From: an uncultured bacterium
Lineage (GTDB): Bacteria; Patescibacteriota; Minisyncoccia; Phycocordibacterales; UBA2100
DNA length: 56,222 bases
Direction of reading: 5' to 3'
Assembly: GCA_903824595.1 (NCBI GenBank)
Contig: CAIJXH010000008.1
Location: 1 to 56,222 of the forward strand
Part shown: positions 9,722-18,250 of the stretch, one piece after another
How the letters are laid out: each line of letters starts with the position of its first letter
Position numbering within the stretch: the first letter of the stretch is position 1
The notes under the pieces: model-generated
Database searches by the model: none
Seen by the model: the letters and a program-made list of their open reading frames with translations, nothing else
Told to the model about the DNA's origin: nothing
Made by a program: the position numbers and the translations under genes

Positions 9722-9849
9722 CGGACAAACACAAGCTGTCCTATGTGTGTCTTTTGGCGTATACACACCCCGTTTATGTCGTGACTGTATGGGAAAATTA
9801 GGGTACTAAGTAACATTTCACGTGAAATGTCGTCCAAAATTCCTATATA

Positions 9850-10251
9850 ATGCACAATATGCAAGTATCTGACACAAAATCAATAGGCAATCTGGGTGAA
9901 TCGATCGCAGTCAGGTTTTTACAGAGGAAGGGGTTTGTTATTATTGAAAGGAACTACAGAAAACCGTGGGGTGAAATCGATATTATCGCAGAAAAGGCTG
10001 GTGTGGTGAGGTTTGTCGAAGTAAAGGCAGTTTCACGTGAAATACCCGCAGCAGACATTTCACGTGAAATCGAATATCGACCAGAGGAACTCGTACATAG
10101 CAAAAAATTACGAAACATATCAAGAACAGCATCATTGTACATGGAAAACGCGAGGGATTCTCGAGAATATCAGATAGATGTGGTAGGGGTTATCTTGGAC
10201 ACAAAGAAATCGCTGGCACGGTGCAGATTGTTTGAGCAAGTTCTTGAATAG
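9850..10251 (+). CDS. yraN: YraN-family (UPF0102) endonuclease-like protein
   Basis: GNLGESIAVRFLQRKGFVIIERNYRKPWGEIDIIA...VRFVEVK signature. Confidence 0.85.
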   Translation: MHNMQVSDTKSIGNLGESIAVRFLQRKGFVIIERNYRKPWGEIDIIAEKAGVVRFVEVKAVSREIPAADISREIEYRPEELVHSKKLRNISRTASLYMENARDSREYQIDVVGVILDTKKSLARCRLFEQVLE

Positions 10252-10365
10252 GATGGAAATTACGTGCGCGATTGCATACATCCTGTAAAGGACAGTGATG
10301 ACCGTTACAGAATACGTGTCTTTATCGTATAGAAAATATATGTACACGTGCTATGATGCGGGAAT

Positions 10366-10436
10366 CGGGCCGTCGTATACCGGTAGTACGCATGCTTTGG
10401 GAGCATGTAGACTGGGTTCAATTCCCAGCGGCCCGA
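10366..10436 (+). tRNA. tRNA-Pro (anticodon TGG)
   Basis: Acceptor CGGGCCG/CGGCCCG, anticodon stem CATGC/GCATG, loop TTTGGGA, T-arm CTGGG-TTCAATT-CCCAG. Confidence 0.85.
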
Positions 10437-11593
10437 CTAGGATTTTGACGATCGTGAACAAACGCAAGAAGCAATGCTTCTAATTCCGGCGCCACACCTG
10501 TCTTGAATGCGGACGCTTCCGCAGCAATATCTCCATTCAACCACCCTGCAAGATTCGTGCCGCTTTGCGTACTCAAGTCGCGATTTATGTAGCTCAATGT
10601 CAGCGCATGCAGATCACGATCGGCAGTTGTCTTTCCTTCAGTAGCTGTCGTCACAATGCCAACTAAGTAATTCCATGCGTTGATCACTGCGCCACCAGAA
10701 GATCCTCCCTGCGCCTGAATAACTCCACCAAGAGACATGACATCTATCGTAGAACTCGCAAATGTAAGCATTTCCTTGACTGTCGTGACAGAAGTGACGG
10801 GAAATAGGTTGGATTCTGTATTTATTCCACCAATAAACTCCGCAGGATATCCCGCTATGAGCACTGAATCATCAGTAAACGCAACTCCTTCCCGCACATC
10901 AAGTGATTGAGCAGGAAAGACCGGCAGGGAAGAGCCGTCGAGTGATCCGGTGATACGAACAAGCGCATAGTCATGTTCTCCAGTGCCCACAGGGTGCTCC
11001 ACACGTATATCAGCTGCATGTTGAGAAATCCATACAGGCGGTACGTATAGAGCTTCAACCTTCCACAATGCTCGCGCCGGCGCACCAGCCCTCACAAAAC
11101 AAGAAAAGTCGATTTTGCCACTGTCAGCAATGAGTATATATTGTGCGACATGAGCGTTCGTCAATATTACTCCACGAGAATCGATCAATACACCCGATCC
11201 TGATATGGCATTCATTCCGCTTGAATGCGGCTCACAGAGGATGTTGACGAGTGTTGTGCGAGAATATGTATTAATATCACTAAACGAGCGTTGTGCGTGA
11301 GAATATGGGCTTTCAGCACGATATATGTCGGATGTGTTGACGTGTGCAGACGGCTTCGTGATAGGAACCGCCACAACCCGCGCTTTCTTGCGGACAGGAG
11401 GTTGCGCTTCATGCTTCGACGGCAACGATTGGCTGGCGCTCTGTCCCGCGACAGAAGCAATCTGATGTTGTGCGACCGCATCAGTATTGACACGCCCCGG
11501 TGAAGAGTAGTGTGTCATGGCAGCATGGAACCCACTGATCACCATACTTATGGCACATAGGTGAACAAGTGCCGATCTCATATTCGAGGACAT
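10418..11593 (-). CDS. trypsin-like (S1 family) serine protease, secreted or membrane-anchored
   Basis: N-terminal hydrophobic anchor, His region GVILTNAHV and Ser region GGSSGGAV. The last codons overlap the tRNA-Pro 3' end. Confidence 0.8.
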   Translation of the reverse strand: MSSNMRSALVHLCAISMVISGFHAAMTHYSSPGRVNTDAVAQHQIASVAGQSASQSLPSKHEAQPPVRKKARVVAVPITKPSAHVNTSDIYRAESPYSHAQRSFSDINTYSRTTLVNILCEPHSSGMNAISGSGVLIDSRGVILTNAHVAQYILIADSGKIDFSCFVRAGAPARALWKVEALYVPPVWISQHAADIRVEHPVGTGEHDYALVRITGSLDGSSLPVFPAQSLDVREGVAFTDDSVLIAGYPAEFIGGINTESNLFPVTSVTTVKEMLTFASSTIDVMSLGGVIQAQGGSSGGAVINAWNYLVGIVTTATEGKTTADRDLHALTLSYINRDLSTQSGTNLAGWLNGDIAAEASAFKTGVAPELEALLLAFVHDRQNPSRAAGN

Positions 11594-11674
11594 TACCTAG
11601 GAATATACAAGAATTTGCAGTATTGGTCGATAATGACTACTATGGGGTGGCGGGGGATACGGGTGTGAAATAAT

Positions 11675-11745
11675 GCGGGATTAGTTTAGTGGTAAAACAC
11701 GAGTTTTCCAAACTTGGGTCGGGAGTTCGATTCTCCCATCCCGCA
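11675..11745 (+). tRNA. tRNA-Gly (anticodon TCC)
   Basis: Acceptor GCGGGAT/ATCCCGC, anticodon loop TTTCCAA, T-arm GGGAG-TTCGATT-CTCCC. Confidence 0.9.
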
Positions 11746-11891
11746 CTAACGCGAAACGCAAGAAGGGATGAGCAAAGCGCCTGCGCGCTTTGCGTGGAGA
11801 ATCGAACGCCGAAGCGCTGTGAGGCGAGTACGCCGAACCGCGAGGCGGTGACCAGCCCGAGCCTTGTGTCGACAAGGCGAGAGGCGAGGGA

Positions 11892-11909
11892 GATTCTCCC
11901 ATCCCGCAC
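11892..11909 (+). repeat. 18-bp perfect duplicate of the tRNA-Gly(TCC) 3' end
   Basis: GATTCTCCCATCCCGCAC occurs at 11729-11746 and again at 11892-11909. The second copy continues as ...GCACCA. Confidence 0.7.
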
Positions 11910-11916
11910 CACATAC

Positions 11917-11946
11917 AAAAAACCGCCCACGAAGGGCGGTTTTTTG
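11917..11946. terminator. bidirectional intrinsic terminator
   Basis: A-run, then CCGCCC-ACGAA-GGGCGG, then a T-run, between tRNA-Gly (+) and hup (-). Confidence 0.75.
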
Positions 11947-11965
11947 TTTCCACATCGCAAGAGAT

Positions 11966-12241
11966 CTACTTTATTCCGTCCTTCAAAGTCTTGCTTGCGC
12001 GAAACTTGGGAACCTTTGTTGCTTTTATCTGAATCGTCGCCCCTGTACGAGGATTGCGCCCCACGCGACCCGCGCGTGTTTTGGCTTCAAAAATACCCAA
12101 TCCTGCTATTGAAACCTCGCCACCTGTTTTCAAGGTATGAGTAATGAATTCAATTATTGTCTCGACCGCGCGCTCGGCATCTGCCTTTGTAGATCCGACT
12201 GTCGCGGCAACTTTCTCAACCAAATCTGATTTGTTTGCCAT
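11966..12241 (-). CDS. hup: HU-family DNA-binding protein
   Basis: MANKSDLVEKVA...GFGIFE-type core and the RNPRTG arm motif. Confidence 0.95.
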   Translation of the reverse strand: MANKSDLVEKVAATVGSTKADAERAVETIIEFITHTLKTGGEVSIAGLGIFEAKTRAGRVGRNPRTGATIQIKATKVPKFRASKTLKDGIK

Positions 12242-12389
12242 AGTATGTGTGTACTAATACGTACTGATAATTACTCCTAAAAAGAGCATTCGACCTAATA
12301 GCAACCATTTTGAGCCGTTTTTCAACCATGTCAACGGCAATGCTGCGTTCTAACTAAACATCGTGAGTAAGTCAACCGACCGTATGATC

Positions 12390-13919
12390 TTATCGAGCAT
12401 ATTCGATCACCCTTGTTTCTCGGATGACTGATACTTTTATTTCCCCAGGATACTGCATGTCTTTCTCAATCTTATCGGCAATAGAGCGCCCCAGAAGACG
12501 CGCCTCAAGGTCAGAGACTGCTTCTGGCTTTACGATGACACGCACCTCTCTACCTGCCGCTATCGCGTAACTTTTCTCAACACCAGGTTCGCTGTTTGCG
12601 ATCGCTTCCAAATCTTCCAAACGCTTTATGTATTGCTCAACGGAGTCCCTTCTGGCGCCAGGACGCGCTCCAGAAACCGCATCTGCCACCTGTACAATCA
12701 TTGATTCAGGCGTTTCATACGGATATTCCTCGTGGTGAGCCTGCATCGCTTGCACAATACGCTCATCCACATTGAACTTCTGAAGAATGCGCCGCCCTAT
12801 TTCCACATGTGTACCCGTTACTTCATGATCAACAGCCTTTCCAATATCGTGGAACAACGCTCCCGCACGCGCAACAGCCACATCAGCACCCAATTCTTCA
12901 GCAAGCATTCCTGCAAGATGCGCCATTTCTATGGAGTGATCGAGTACGTTTTGTCCGTAGCTGGTGCGGAAATACAGACGCCCCAGAATCATGAGGAGTT
13001 TCGGATCCATATTCGACACTTTTGCCGCATACGCCGCTTCAACCCCTTTCTTTTTGATAATAGTATTGATCTCTTCTTCTGCTTTCTTCACTGCTTCTTC
13101 TATCTTTGCAGGCTGAATACGCCCGTCAATAATGAGGTTTTCGAGCGCAATACGAGCAACCTGACGACGCATTGGATCGTACGACGAGAGGGTAATGGTG
13201 CCCGGGGTGTCGTCGACTATCACATCGACGCCGGTCGCACGCTCAAAAGCGCGAATATTGCGCCCTTCTTTCCCAATAATCTTACCCTTTATTTCATCAT
13301 TTGGAATCGTGATCGTCGTCGCCAAGACGTCGGATACCACAGAATTACCGAGACGGTGCACGGCAGTGGTCAGTATTTCATTGGCGCGACGCTCAAGTTT
13401 CTCCTCGCCTGTAATTTCAAGTTTGCGCATTCTGCTTTCAATGTCTTGCTCATTCTGTTTCTCCAAAGACGCGATAAGCTGACTTTTTGCCTCTTCGACA
13501 GTCAATCCCGCAATCTTCTCAAGTTTTCCCTGTTCTGATTTTACAATTTCTTCAATTCTCAATTTTGCCGACTGCACATCATCAATCTTTTTTGCAAGAA
13601 CGTCTTGTTCCGCATCAAGATTTTCTTGCCTCTTGTCAAGCATTTCTTCCTTGCGGATGAGCCGTTCCTCGACTTGCTTCAAATCGCGCTCTTTTTGTTT
13701 GAACTCTCCTGAAAATTGCTCTTGTTTCTTGCGTGCCTCCGCCTCTGACTCTTCAATGATGCGCTTCGCCTTTTCTTCGGCATCAAGCTGCATTTGACGG
13801 ATCTCAAGCTCCATCGAGCCGCGTTTACCGATACTAATAATAAAACGTAGAAAATACCCGATACCAACTCCTGCCGCACCAACGCCAACGAGAAGGAGGA
13901 GGATGAATTTTAATGACAT
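12390..13919 (-). CDS. rny: ribonuclease Y
   Basis: N-terminal TM helix, coiled coil, KH domain (GKIIGKEGRNIRAFE) and HD domain (LFHDIGKA). Confidence 0.95.
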   Translation of the reverse strand: MSLKFILLLLVGVGAAGVGIGYFLRFIISIGKRGSMELEIRQMQLDAEEKAKRIIEESEAEARKKQEQFSGEFKQKERDLKQVEERLIRKEEMLDKRQENLDAEQDVLAKKIDDVQSAKLRIEEIVKSEQGKLEKIAGLTVEEAKSQLIASLEKQNEQDIESRMRKLEITGEEKLERRANEILTTAVHRLGNSVVSDVLATTITIPNDEIKGKIIGKEGRNIRAFERATGVDVIVDDTPGTITLSSYDPMRRQVARIALENLIIDGRIQPAKIEEAVKKAEEEINTIIKKKGVEAAYAAKVSNMDPKLLMILGRLYFRTSYGQNVLDHSIEMAHLAGMLAEELGADVAVARAGALFHDIGKAVDHEVTGTHVEIGRRILQKFNVDERIVQAMQAHHEEYPYETPESMIVQVADAVSGARPGARRDSVEQYIKRLEDLEAIANSEPGVEKSYAIAAGREVRVIVKPEAVSDLEARLLGRSIADKIEKDMQYPGEIKVSVIRETRVIEYAR

Positions 13920-14112
13920 ACGCTACGGTGCTATCCATCCGCGCGCCATCCACTAAACAACCGTGAAAAGACTAATATGGCTCTATATAGCCAAAATAAG
14001 TCCCTGTAAGGGGCGTGTGTGACAGTGCGAACGGGAAGCAAAAATGAATTTCATACCATACTAATGACTACACGGGAGAGTATACGCCCTCGTGTACATT
14101 TCTGCAAAAACG

Positions 14113-14853
14113 CTACGCCGACACACGTTCCCCAGAAAAACGACGTCCCGCGGCGTATTCCTGTGCAATCATAAAAAGATTGGCAGTGGTCCAATACAAA
14201 GGAACCGCGGCACATACGGAGTACCCAATAACACCAATCATACCCGGCAGAAAGAAACGCATTTGTACATCCATGCTCCGCGCCATATCATCTGAAAACG
14301 ATCCGTTGGATTTTTTTGAAGCCGCTCGTTTTCCCATGGTGAGCCGTATATATCCATACTGAGTGAGAGCAGCACACGCCGCCAATACCACACTATGCGT
14401 ACTCCCCATATCGATAAGCCCTAAAAACACCATAGTAATTGTATGAGGTGCTGCTACAAACGAGTACAGAAGCTGTGCATGAATTATGGGCAACCCACCT
14501 CGAGCAAACACGAGGTAAATCGCAAGCAAAACAGGGAACTGGAGCAGCGTAAGACCAAGACCCGAGAGAGGATGCACGTCGTTATGACGATATAACGCGA
14601 GAATTGCCCTGCTTTGTTCCACATTATTGTCTTTGTGAGTATTTTTGATTGCTTCAATTTCTGACGCCAGTTCTTTGATTTTGATCTGTGTTTTCACCAT
14701 TCTGCGCGCAAGCGGAAACAGTATGATACGCACGATGATCGTAAGCGCAATGATCGCAAGCCCCACATCATGCCTCGGCACAACCGTTATGAGAAATATA
14801 AGCCCGTTATACAGCGGGTTGTACACAAACAAATGAAACGCGGAAGAAATCAT
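14113..14853 (-). CDS. yidC: membrane protein insertase YidC
   Basis: YidC/Oxa1 core (IIALTIIVRIILFPL...). The ATG at 14853 overlaps the rnpA stop as ATGA. The track ORF start at 14898 is rejected. Confidence 0.9.
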   Translation of the reverse strand: MISSAFHLFVYNPLYNGLIFLITVVPRHDVGLAIIALTIIVRIILFPLARRMVKTQIKIKELASEIEAIKNTHKDNNVEQSRAILALYRHNDVHPLSGLGLTLLQFPVLLAIYLVFARGGLPIIHAQLLYSFVAAPHTITMVFLGLIDMGSTHSVVLAACAALTQYGYIRLTMGKRAASKKSNGSFSDDMARSMDVQMRFFLPGMIGVIGYSVCAAVPLYWTTANLFMIAQEYAAGRRFSGERVSA

Positions 14854-15197
14854 GTGCGCAAATTGTACCGCGAGAACGCTTGTTCGGCGAGCATACACAC
14901 ATCGCGTTGAATATCTTCATAAGAAGCCGTTACAGCCTCACGCCGAGCAAAAAAAACACATATAATCGGTGCGCGTATCGTTTGTAGCAGTGGTGCGATA
15001 GCCGCGCGGCACCTACGTTTGATACGATTGCGATCAACCGCGTGCGGAGACACTTTTTTCGACACAACACACGAAACCTTGGGAACAGAACCCGTGGGGG
15101 AAACAGCGACGGTGAGCGAAAAAATGGCACCATTCCTACGCATAGTGCGTCGCACTACTTCATAGTCAGCTCGACCAACCCAATGCGCGCGTGGCAT
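14850..15197 (-). CDS. rnpA: ribonuclease P protein component
   Basis: KKVSPHAVDRNRIKRRCR motif and a position between rpmH and yidC. Confidence 0.85.
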   Translation of the reverse strand: MPRAHWVGRADYEVVRRTMRRNGAIFSLTVAVSPTGSVPKVSCVVSKKVSPHAVDRNRIKRRCRAAIAPLLQTIRAPIICVFFARREAVTASYEDIQRDVCMLAEQAFSRYNLRT

Positions 15198-15337
15198 TAT
15201 GCCGAGAGTTTTGCGCGCCCCTTGCGACGGCGACTCACCAAAATTCGACGACCAGTAACGCTACGAGTGCGTGCGAGAAAACCATGCGTACGCGCTCGCT
15301 TGCGCTTTTTTGGCTGATAATTACGTTTTGTAGACAT
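15197..15337 (-). CDS. rpmH: 50S ribosomal protein L34
   Basis: Manual translation gives [46 protein letters not shown]. The stop overlaps the rnpA ATG (TAATG). Confidence 0.9.
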   Translation of the reverse strand: MSTKRNYQPKKRKRARTHGFLARTRSVTGRRILVSRRRKGRAKLSA

Positions 15338-15452
15338 GCCTAACACTATACGATATCCGTCGCAAAAATCCAAATAATCACAAAACGCACTGATTTTTCA
15401 GCAGAAAAATCCCGACCTCGGAGAATAGTGTCGTGACGGGATACGCGTCGAG

Positions 15453-15461
15453 TTATCCACA
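15453..15461 (+). promoter_or_regulatory. consensus DnaA box TTATCCACA upstream of dnaA
   Basis: Exact 9-mer in the rpmH-dnaA intergenic region, upstream of a TATAAT hexamer (about 15515-15520). Confidence 0.6.
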
Positions 15462-15541
15462 CCTTGTGAACATCTCGATCGACTAACGCCGCATATATAC
15501 AAAAGTAGCGCGCGTATAATGCGCAGGGTATTCTTACCCCC

Positions 15542-16906
15542 ATGACTCAACTACCCAATCTCAATAATCACGAACTTTGGCAGAATGCGCTTGTTCAAAT
15601 AGAGCTCGGCACGTCGGAAGCATCGTTTCGGACGTGGTTTCGCAATACCGATATCACGACACGCGACAGTGCTGGTACCGTACACATCGCCGTTCCCTCA
15701 AAAATCGTAAAGGAGTGGTTGATGGACAAACATCATAAACTTATCTTGAAAGCGCTCCGTGGTCTTGATCCGAGTATTCGGGCAGCTGAATACATCATTC
15801 ATCGCACCGCAACACCGCCCATCAAACAAAACCGACAACCTTCAACGGAAAACACGGCACTCGATCTCAATGGACTCTACATAGATAAACGCGACAACCT
15901 CAACCCTCGCTATACATTCGATACGTTTGTGGTGGGGCCGTTCAATGAGCTAGCACACGCGGCTACACAAGTGGTGTTGCAACGCCCCGGTGGCGCATAC
16001 AATCCGTTGTTTATATACGGACTCACGGGTAGGGGAAAGACGCACCTCATTCAAGCGGTTGGCAATTATTTCAAAAAAAATCATGGCAACAAAAAAGTGT
16101 TTTATGTAAGCGCCGAACGTTTTGCCGTCGATTACATGAATGCCGTCCGTATTGGACGTGCCAATAATTTCAAAGACCAATATCGCCAATACGACGTTCT
16201 TATTATGGATGATGTGCAATTTATGGCTAAAACGGAACGCACACAAGATGAATTGTTTCACCTTTTCAATGCCATGCACGACAACAACAAACAAATCGTG
16301 TTTTCGTCCGATCAACATCCTGCAATGCTTCCCGGGTTTGAGGATCGTCTTCGCGGACGATTTTCTGCGGGCATGATTGCGGAAATACCAGAACCAGATA
16401 TCGAATCACGCAACGCGATTATCAAGGCAAAGCTTGAGAGTCATGGTTTTTCACTCCCCAGTGACGTGATGTCCTATATTGCTGAAAATGTCCGCGGAAA
16501 TATACGAGAACTTGAAGGTATTCTCAACATGATCGTCTGTAAATCTCAACTCAAGGGTAAGGGAGTAACGCAAACCGACGTACGAGCCCTCATAAAACAC
16601 AATATAAAGCCAAACAAAGGGGTTTCTATCGAGGAAATCGTACGACGTATCGCGCAATATTACGATATTCCAGAAAAAAATATTTACGAAAAAACACGCA
16701 AAAAAGAGGTTGTGAAACCTCGACAAATCATTATGTATGTACTTCGTGAAGAATTTGGTGTCTCCTACCCATCCATTGGGGAAAAACTAGGGGGGCGCGA
16801 CCACACAACCGTGATTCATTCATGCGAAAAAATAAAACAGGAGATCAAATCAAACCTATCACTCGAACAAGAACTTGACCACATCCGCACCCTTGTTCAT
16901 GTATAG
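15542..16906 (+). CDS. dnaA: chromosomal replication initiator DnaA
   Basis: Walker A GLTGRGKTHL, sensor motifs, and the C-terminal DNA-binding domain (GGRDHTTVIHSCEKI). Confidence 0.97.
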   Translation: MTQLPNLNNHELWQNALVQIELGTSEASFRTWFRNTDITTRDSAGTVHIAVPSKIVKEWLMDKHHKLILKALRGLDPSIRAAEYIIHRTATPPIKQNRQPSTENTALDLNGLYIDKRDNLNPRYTFDTFVVGPFNELAHAATQVVLQRPGGAYNPLFIYGLTGRGKTHLIQAVGNYFKKNHGNKKVFYVSAERFAVDYMNAVRIGRANNFKDQYRQYDVLIMDDVQFMAKTERTQDELFHLFNAMHDNNKQIVFSSDQHPAMLPGFEDRLRGRFSAGMIAEIPEPDIESRNAIIKAKLESHGFSLPSDVMSYIAENVRGNIRELEGILNMIVCKSQLKGKGVTQTDVRALIKHNIKPNKGVSIEEIVRRIAQYYDIPEKNIYEKTRKKEVVKPRQIIMYVLREEFGVSYPSIGEKLGGRDHTTVIHSCEKIKQEIKSNLSLEQELDHIRTLVHV

Positions 16907-17123
16907 TCTGTATACAACCCTGTGTACAGCATATGGAAAAAATCACCCTATCCACACCATGCAAAAAATCCACCGCACATATCCACGTCGTTCACACTCT
17001 ATGCACCACCTATACACCACTCGCTCAACCCCTAAAAATGACCAGAACACTGCTGTTTTTGTACTTATACACACTATACACAGCACTAATAGTAGTATTA
17101 GATAGGAGTACTACAATACAGAT
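16907..17123 (+). promoter_or_regulatory. oriC candidate: array of six same-orientation DnaA-box-like 9-mers plus an AT-rich tract
   Basis: CTATCCACA 16948, ATATCCACG 16979, CTATGCACC 16999, CTATACACC 17010, TTATACACA 17065 and CTATACACA 17074, followed by the AT-rich AATAGTAGTATTAGATAGG. Confidence 0.6.
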
Positions 17124-18224
17124 ATGAAATTCTCAACAACAAAAGAAAAATTATTGGGTGCCGTACTCATTGCTGAACGTATTGTCGGAAAGAAAGAATC
17201 ACTCCCTGTTTTGTCATGTGTTCTTTTGGATGCCAACACATCAGTGGCGATACGAGCTACCAATCTTGAGGCGGGTGTGGATGTGGTGGTGCCGTGTACG
17301 GTTGAGGAAAAGGGTGTTGCGGCGGTTGCGGCAAATATTCTCTCTCAAACACTTCGTTCGATCAGTGGTGATAAAGTGTCGATTCACACCGAGGATGGAA
17401 ATGTGGTGATAGAATCGAAAGGAACACGCACACTCATAAAAGCGCTTCCTCACGATGAGTTTCCTGCTTTTTCAAAAGAAGATTCGGGTGTGGGTATAAA
17501 AATCACCAAAAACGCTCTTTTGCGTGGTATTCAGAGTGTGTTGTATGCAGCGTCTCCCTCAATGATTCGTCCGGAGCTTGGAAGTGTATTTATTTCCATA
17601 AAAGGTACAGAGGTGGTGTGTGTGGCGACAGACTCGTTCCGTCTTGCAGAGCGAACGATTACCAGCGAGATGGGGCACCAGAAAGAAGGTGTTGAAATGC
17701 TGGTACCGCTCAAACATGCGTCAGAACTTGTTCATGTACTTGAGCGTGCTGGAAACGAAGTGGAGTGTGTGGTGAGTGAATCGCAGTTGGTGGTAACGGC
17801 GGGAGGGGTAAAATTTGTGTCGCGTGTGGTGGATGGTAATTTTCCGAACTACAAAGACGTGATTCCCAAAACATTCACAACAGAAGCGACGATTCTCAAA
17901 AACGACCTCGCCGAAATGCTCCGTAAGGCGCGCGTGTTCTCTGGTAATGATCAGCATATCGGACTCCATATCTACCCACAGAAAAAAATATTCACCGCGA
18001 CCGCACAAAGCGCCAATGTGGGGGAGATGTCAGACTCGGTCGATGCGGCTATGTCGGGTGAGGATCTTGATATGAATTTCCACATCGGTTATTTGGGTGA
18101 TTGTCTTTCGAGTATTGAATCGGATTCCGTCACGCTTTATTTTGCCGGCATCGGTCGCCCACTCGTCATTCGCGGCGTCTCCGACCCCGCATTCACGTAT
18201 TTAGTGATGCCGTTGAATCGGTAG
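17124..18224 (+). CDS. dnaN: DNA polymerase III beta sliding clamp
   Basis: Position after dnaA. Typical N-terminus (MKFSTTKEKLL...) and C-terminus (LVMPL). Confidence 0.95.
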   Translation: MKFSTTKEKLLGAVLIAERIVGKKESLPVLSCVLLDANTSVAIRATNLEAGVDVVVPCTVEEKGVAAVAANILSQTLRSISGDKVSIHTEDGNVVIESKGTRTLIKALPHDEFPAFSKEDSGVGIKITKNALLRGIQSVLYAASPSMIRPELGSVFISIKGTEVVCVATDSFRLAERTITSEMGHQKEGVEMLVPLKHASELVHVLERAGNEVECVVSESQLVVTAGGVKFVSRVVDGNFPNYKDVIPKTFTTEATILKNDLAEMLRKARVFSGNDQHIGLHIYPQKKIFTATAQSANVGEMSDSVDAAMSGEDLDMNFHIGYLGDCLSSIESDSVTLYFAGIGRPLVIRGVSDPAFTYLVMPLNR

Positions 18225-18250
18225 CGACAAACGTGCATGGTGTATTGAGG

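Noticed and set aside
11746-11891. A second tRNA gene or a tRNA intron between the tRNA-Gly duplicates
   Set aside because: An AATCGAA T-loop-like string exists, but the flanking bases cannot form a T-stem or an acceptor stem on either strand. The first tRNA copy is already complete.
12732-13538. 268-aa plus-strand ORF
   Set aside because: It lies entirely antisense to the well-supported RNase Y gene. It has low-complexity, unrecognisable sequence.
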